From a bacterium (GTDB lineage: Bacteria > Patescibacteriota > Saccharimonadia > Saccharimonadales > UBA4665), in NCBI GenBank assembly GCA_021789195.1, contig JAJYJU010000001.1, positions 1 to 50,967 of the forward strand: a DNA stretch of 50,967 nucleotides. The letters run 5' to 3'. The translations under genes were made by a program, and so were the position numbers. Of the stretch, positions 48,392-50,967 are shown piece by piece. The notes under the pieces are model-generated. The model saw only the letters and a list, made by a program, of their open reading frames with translations, did no database searches and was not told the origin of the DNA. Position 1 is the stretch's first letter, and each line of letters starts with the position of its first letter.

Positions 48392-50332
48392 ATGTCTAGG
48401 CCAGTAGTATTAAGTAATGGTCAGATGTTTGTCGGCCTTGATGATAATGGCTTGGTGCACGACTTTTATTATCCTTACGTTGGCTTAGATAATTTAACTA
48501 ACGCACGAAGTCTGCCTCATAAAATTGGTGTTTGGGTAGATAATCAGTTTTCTTGGGTTGATGACGGAAGCTGGAATATTGAGATCGATTTTGAAGACAA
48601 GGCTTTAATTTCTCACATAAGCATGCACTCCGACAAGCTTGGGATTAGTTTAAAGTTCGTAGACTTTGTTGATCAGCAGTACAACGTATTTATTAGAAGA
48701 ATTAAAGTCACTAATGAGAGCGAAAATAAACAGCGTGAAGTTAGACTGTTTATGCACCAGGTGTTCGAGATATCGAGGCTTGGCAGGGCTGATACGGCTC
48801 TCTATGTTCCAGATGATCATTATTTACTTGATTACAAAGGGCGATGTTGTCTATTAATTGCCGGTAAGTTCATTGATGGTAAGGATTTTGACCAATTTGC
48901 TGTCGGCAATTATTCGATAGAAGGAAAAGAAGGTACATTCAAAGATGCCGAAGACGGGAACTTATCCGGTAACTTAGTAGAGCATGCCGGTGTAGACAGT
49001 GCGATTAGGTTTGCAAGGAGTCTAAGTCCAAAGGAGTCTTATGAGGCTGATTATTGGGTAGTTGCAGCTGAAAGCCAGTACGATGCCCAGCTAGTTCATA
49101 CCTACTTAAAACATTATGATATTTCAGAAAGAGAAAAATCCGTTCGCTCACTATGGTATGAATGGTTATCTCCCGCATTGGAAAAGATTCAAGACGTTTC
49201 TATTGAACACGCCTCAGCGATTACTAAAAGTTTATTGATAGTTAAGGCGCATATTGACGTGCGTGGATCAATTTTAGCGAGTGGTGACTCCTCGATATTT
49301 AATTACGGTAGAGATTATTACTGCTACTGCTGGCCAAGAGATGCTGCCTATGCAGTCTGGCCATTAATCAGGTTAGGTATGTTTGAAGAAGCTAAAAACT
49401 TCTTTAAGTTTGCTAAAGATACCATGCATCCTGAGGGTTATATGATGCACAAATATCTGCCCGACCGTGCAATAGGAAGCACGTGGCATCCCTTAGTGCA
49501 TAATCGTTCTAAAGAGTTAGCCATACAGGAAGATGAAACGGCCAGCGTACTGTTTATGATTGGACAATATTATAAGTATAGCGGGGATAAATCACTGGTT
49601 ATTGAGCTGTACGATAGCTTTATATCGCCTGCCAGTAATTTTATTAATCATTTCGTAGATAACGCCACAGGATTACCGCATGCTAGTTATGATTTATGGG
49701 AAGAGCGCTTTTTAACAACTAGTTATACCACTTCAACGGTTATAGCTGGCCTTGACGCTGCATCTAAGCTGGCAGAATTAACGAATCACCATAATGACGC
49801 CAAATTATGGCAAGAAAGTTCAGACAAGCTCAGGAATAACTTAAGTAAGCTGTTTCATAACGACGGCTATTTTATTAAAGGTTTCCTGTACTCAAAAGAA
49901 ACGGATATAGAGTATAACAACGTAGTAGACATATCCTCTTTATACGGGCCGTTTATGTATAGTGGCCTTCCATTGGGCGATCCAATGATAACTAAAACAG
50001 CCGAGCAAGTTGAAACTAAGATTACTAACGTTGTGCCCGTTGGCGGCGTACTAAGATATGAGCACGATAACTACTTCTTAAAAGATCAGAAATTCTTAGG
50101 TAATCCATGGATAGTTACAACACTTTGGTTGGCACAGTACCTTATAGCTACAAGTAATAAAGATGAGGCAGATAAATATATTAACTGGGCGCTAGATAGA
50201 AGACTTCCAAGCGGCATATTATCTGAACAATTTGACCCCGAAAACGGTACTCCATTAGGGGTGGCTCCATTAGTTTGGAGTCATGCCGAAGTAGTTAATA
50301 CTCTACTAGACTATTACGATATTAACGCTTAG
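48392..50332 (+). CDS. GH15 glucoamylase-like protein
   Basis: Y.YCWPRD, QEDE, DLWEE, LRY..D.Y, LSEQ, PLVWSHA. Confidence 0.92.
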   Translation: MSRPVVLSNGQMFVGLDDNGLVHDFYYPYVGLDNLTNARSLPHKIGVWVDNQFSWVDDGSWNIEIDFEDKALISHISMHSDKLGISLKFVDFVDQQYNVFIRRIKVTNESENKQREVRLFMHQVFEISRLGRADTALYVPDDHYLLDYKGRCCLLIAGKFIDGKDFDQFAVGNYSIEGKEGTFKDAEDGNLSGNLVEHAGVDSAIRFARSLSPKESYEADYWVVAAESQYDAQLVHTYLKHYDISEREKSVRSLWYEWLSPALEKIQDVSIEHASAITKSLLIVKAHIDVRGSILASGDSSIFNYGRDYYCYCWPRDAAYAVWPLIRLGMFEEAKNFFKFAKDTMHPEGYMMHKYLPDRAIGSTWHPLVHNRSKELAIQEDETASVLFMIGQYYKYSGDKSLVIELYDSFISPASNFINHFVDNATGLPHASYDLWEERFLTTSYTTSTVIAGLDAASKLAELTNHHNDAKLWQESSDKLRNNLSKLFHNDGYFIKGFLYSKETDIEYNNVVDISSLYGPFMYSGLPLGDPMITKTAEQVETKITNVVPVGGVLRYEHDNYFLKDQKFLGNPWIVTTLWLAQYLIATSNKDEADKYINWALDRRLPSGILSEQFDPENGTPLGVAPLVWSHAEVVNTLLDYYDINA

Positions 50333-50522
50333 GCGCTTCGTTACGACCGAGATTCTTCTTAGTCTCTGTAAAAACTACTTGTCGTCTTAATTTAGGGCTG
50401 TATTTTCGCAATGATAGCTTATCCGGAGTATTCATGGTGTTCTTGGTGGTGTAATAGATACGTTCACCACTTTCCTCACTAACTAAGCCTATAATTTTTC
50501 GTTTGTCGCCTCTTTTTGCCAT
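50322..50522 (-). CDS. rpmG: 50S ribosomal protein L33 (cysteine-free form)
   Basis: YYTTKN..NTPDKL.LRKYSP.LR....F.E.K; ATG at 50522 with AGGA upstream. Confidence 0.93.
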   Translation of the reverse strand: MAKRGDKRKIIGLVSEESGERIYYTTKNTMNTPDKLSLRKYSPKLRRQVVFTETKKNLGRNEAPKR

Positions 50523-50559
50523 AGGTGTATATCCTATCAAATAATATATAGTAAGTAAA

Positions 50560-50636
50560 TGGAGCCGCCTGTCGGATTCGAACCGACGACATTCAGTTTA
50601 CAAAACTGACGCTCTGGCCAACTGAGCTAAGGCGGC
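50560..50636 (-). tRNA. tRNA-Thr (TGT)
   Basis: GCCGCCT/AGGCGGC acceptor, TCAGT-TT TGT AA-ACTGA, GTTCGAAT, encoded CCA. Confidence 0.97.
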
Positions 50637-50701
50637 GTAGTGTCACTACATAATGTAGCAAAAACAGATAGAATTTGCTATATTTAAGCGGACAATTATT
50701 G

Positions 50702-50777
50702 GCCGCGGTAGCTCAGTTGGTAGAGCGCATCCATGGTAAGGATGAGGTCCCGGGTTCGAATCCCGGCCGTGGCTCCA
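50702..50777 (+). tRNA. tRNA-Thr (GGT)
   Basis: GCCGCGG/CCGTGGC acceptor, CATCC-AT GGT AA-GGATG, encoded CCA. Confidence 0.97.
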
Positions 50778-50789
50778 TGATATTAACAT

Positions 50790-50875
50790 GCAGGGATAGT
50801 GAAGCGGTCAAACACGGCTGACTGTAAATCAGCTGGCATTCGCCTTCGGGGGTTCGAATCCCTCTCCCTGCACCA
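50790..50875 (+). tRNA. tRNA-Tyr (GTA)
   Basis: GCAGGGA/TCCCTGC acceptor, GCTGA-CT GTA AA-TCAGC, long variable arm, encoded CCA. Confidence 0.97.
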
Positions 50876-50967
50876 GATATTGTTCATTTGTTCTTATTTA
50901 TATGTTTAAATTATTCTGAAGCTAAAACATAAAAAGCTTGACTCCTATAATCCACGTATATATAATA

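Noticed and set aside
1323..48857. Short ORFs in the track that are antisense to, or nested in, long genes (e.g. 5758-6270, 31135-31581, 37590-38036)
   Set aside because: They are shadows of well-supported genes, with no motifs or independent start signals.
1..50967. Alternative genetic code (UGA=Gly, as in Gracilibacteria/Absconditabacteria)
   Set aside because: Conserved genes are full length under code 11 and several end at TGA at the expected position (cyoC, dnaX, GT4, GH57).
1..50967. CRISPR array, IS, prophage, intron or intein
   Set aside because: No regularly spaced repeats, transposase, phage or RT motifs, or unexplained insertions in dnaB or the tRNAs; intergenic gaps are all short.

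Overview
AT-rich, densely packed bacterial chromosome segment in standard code 11 (TGA is used as a stop, e.g. at the end of cyoC). Gene content and style fit Patescibacteria/CPR, most likely an environmental Saccharimonadia (TM7); this assignment is inferred from pattern recognition, not a database search. Left part: end of an aquaporin-like gene, a UvrD-type helicase-nuclease, and a minimal respiratory module (NDH-2, an FAD-linked D-2-hydroxyacid dehydrogenase-like enzyme, complete cyoABCDE). Next to it is a regulatory block (OmpR two-component pair, Crp/Fnr, receiver, PAS kinase) that includes two MprF-flippase-like membrane genes, then an orphan VirD4/HerA-like ATPase and tRNA-Gln. Middle: cysS, DHH, recR, ybaB, dnaB, dnaX, a hypothetical preceded by two DnaA boxes, and rplJL with an L10 leader. 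Right: dcd plus a tmk-thyX fusion, an aminoacyl-PG synthase, secE-nusG-rplK-rplA (with an L1 site and a terminator-like hairpin in the secE leader), a GT4/GH57/GH15/GH63 alpha-glucan cluster, rpmG and four more tRNAs. No mobile element, CRISPR array or rRNA was seen. The best leads for new biology are (i) the regulator-plus-flippase block beside cyo, (ii) the DnaA-boxed hypothetical upstream of dnaX-dnaB, (iii) a putative attenuator in front of secE-nusG, and (iv) the dcd/tmk-thyX two-protein route to dTDP.
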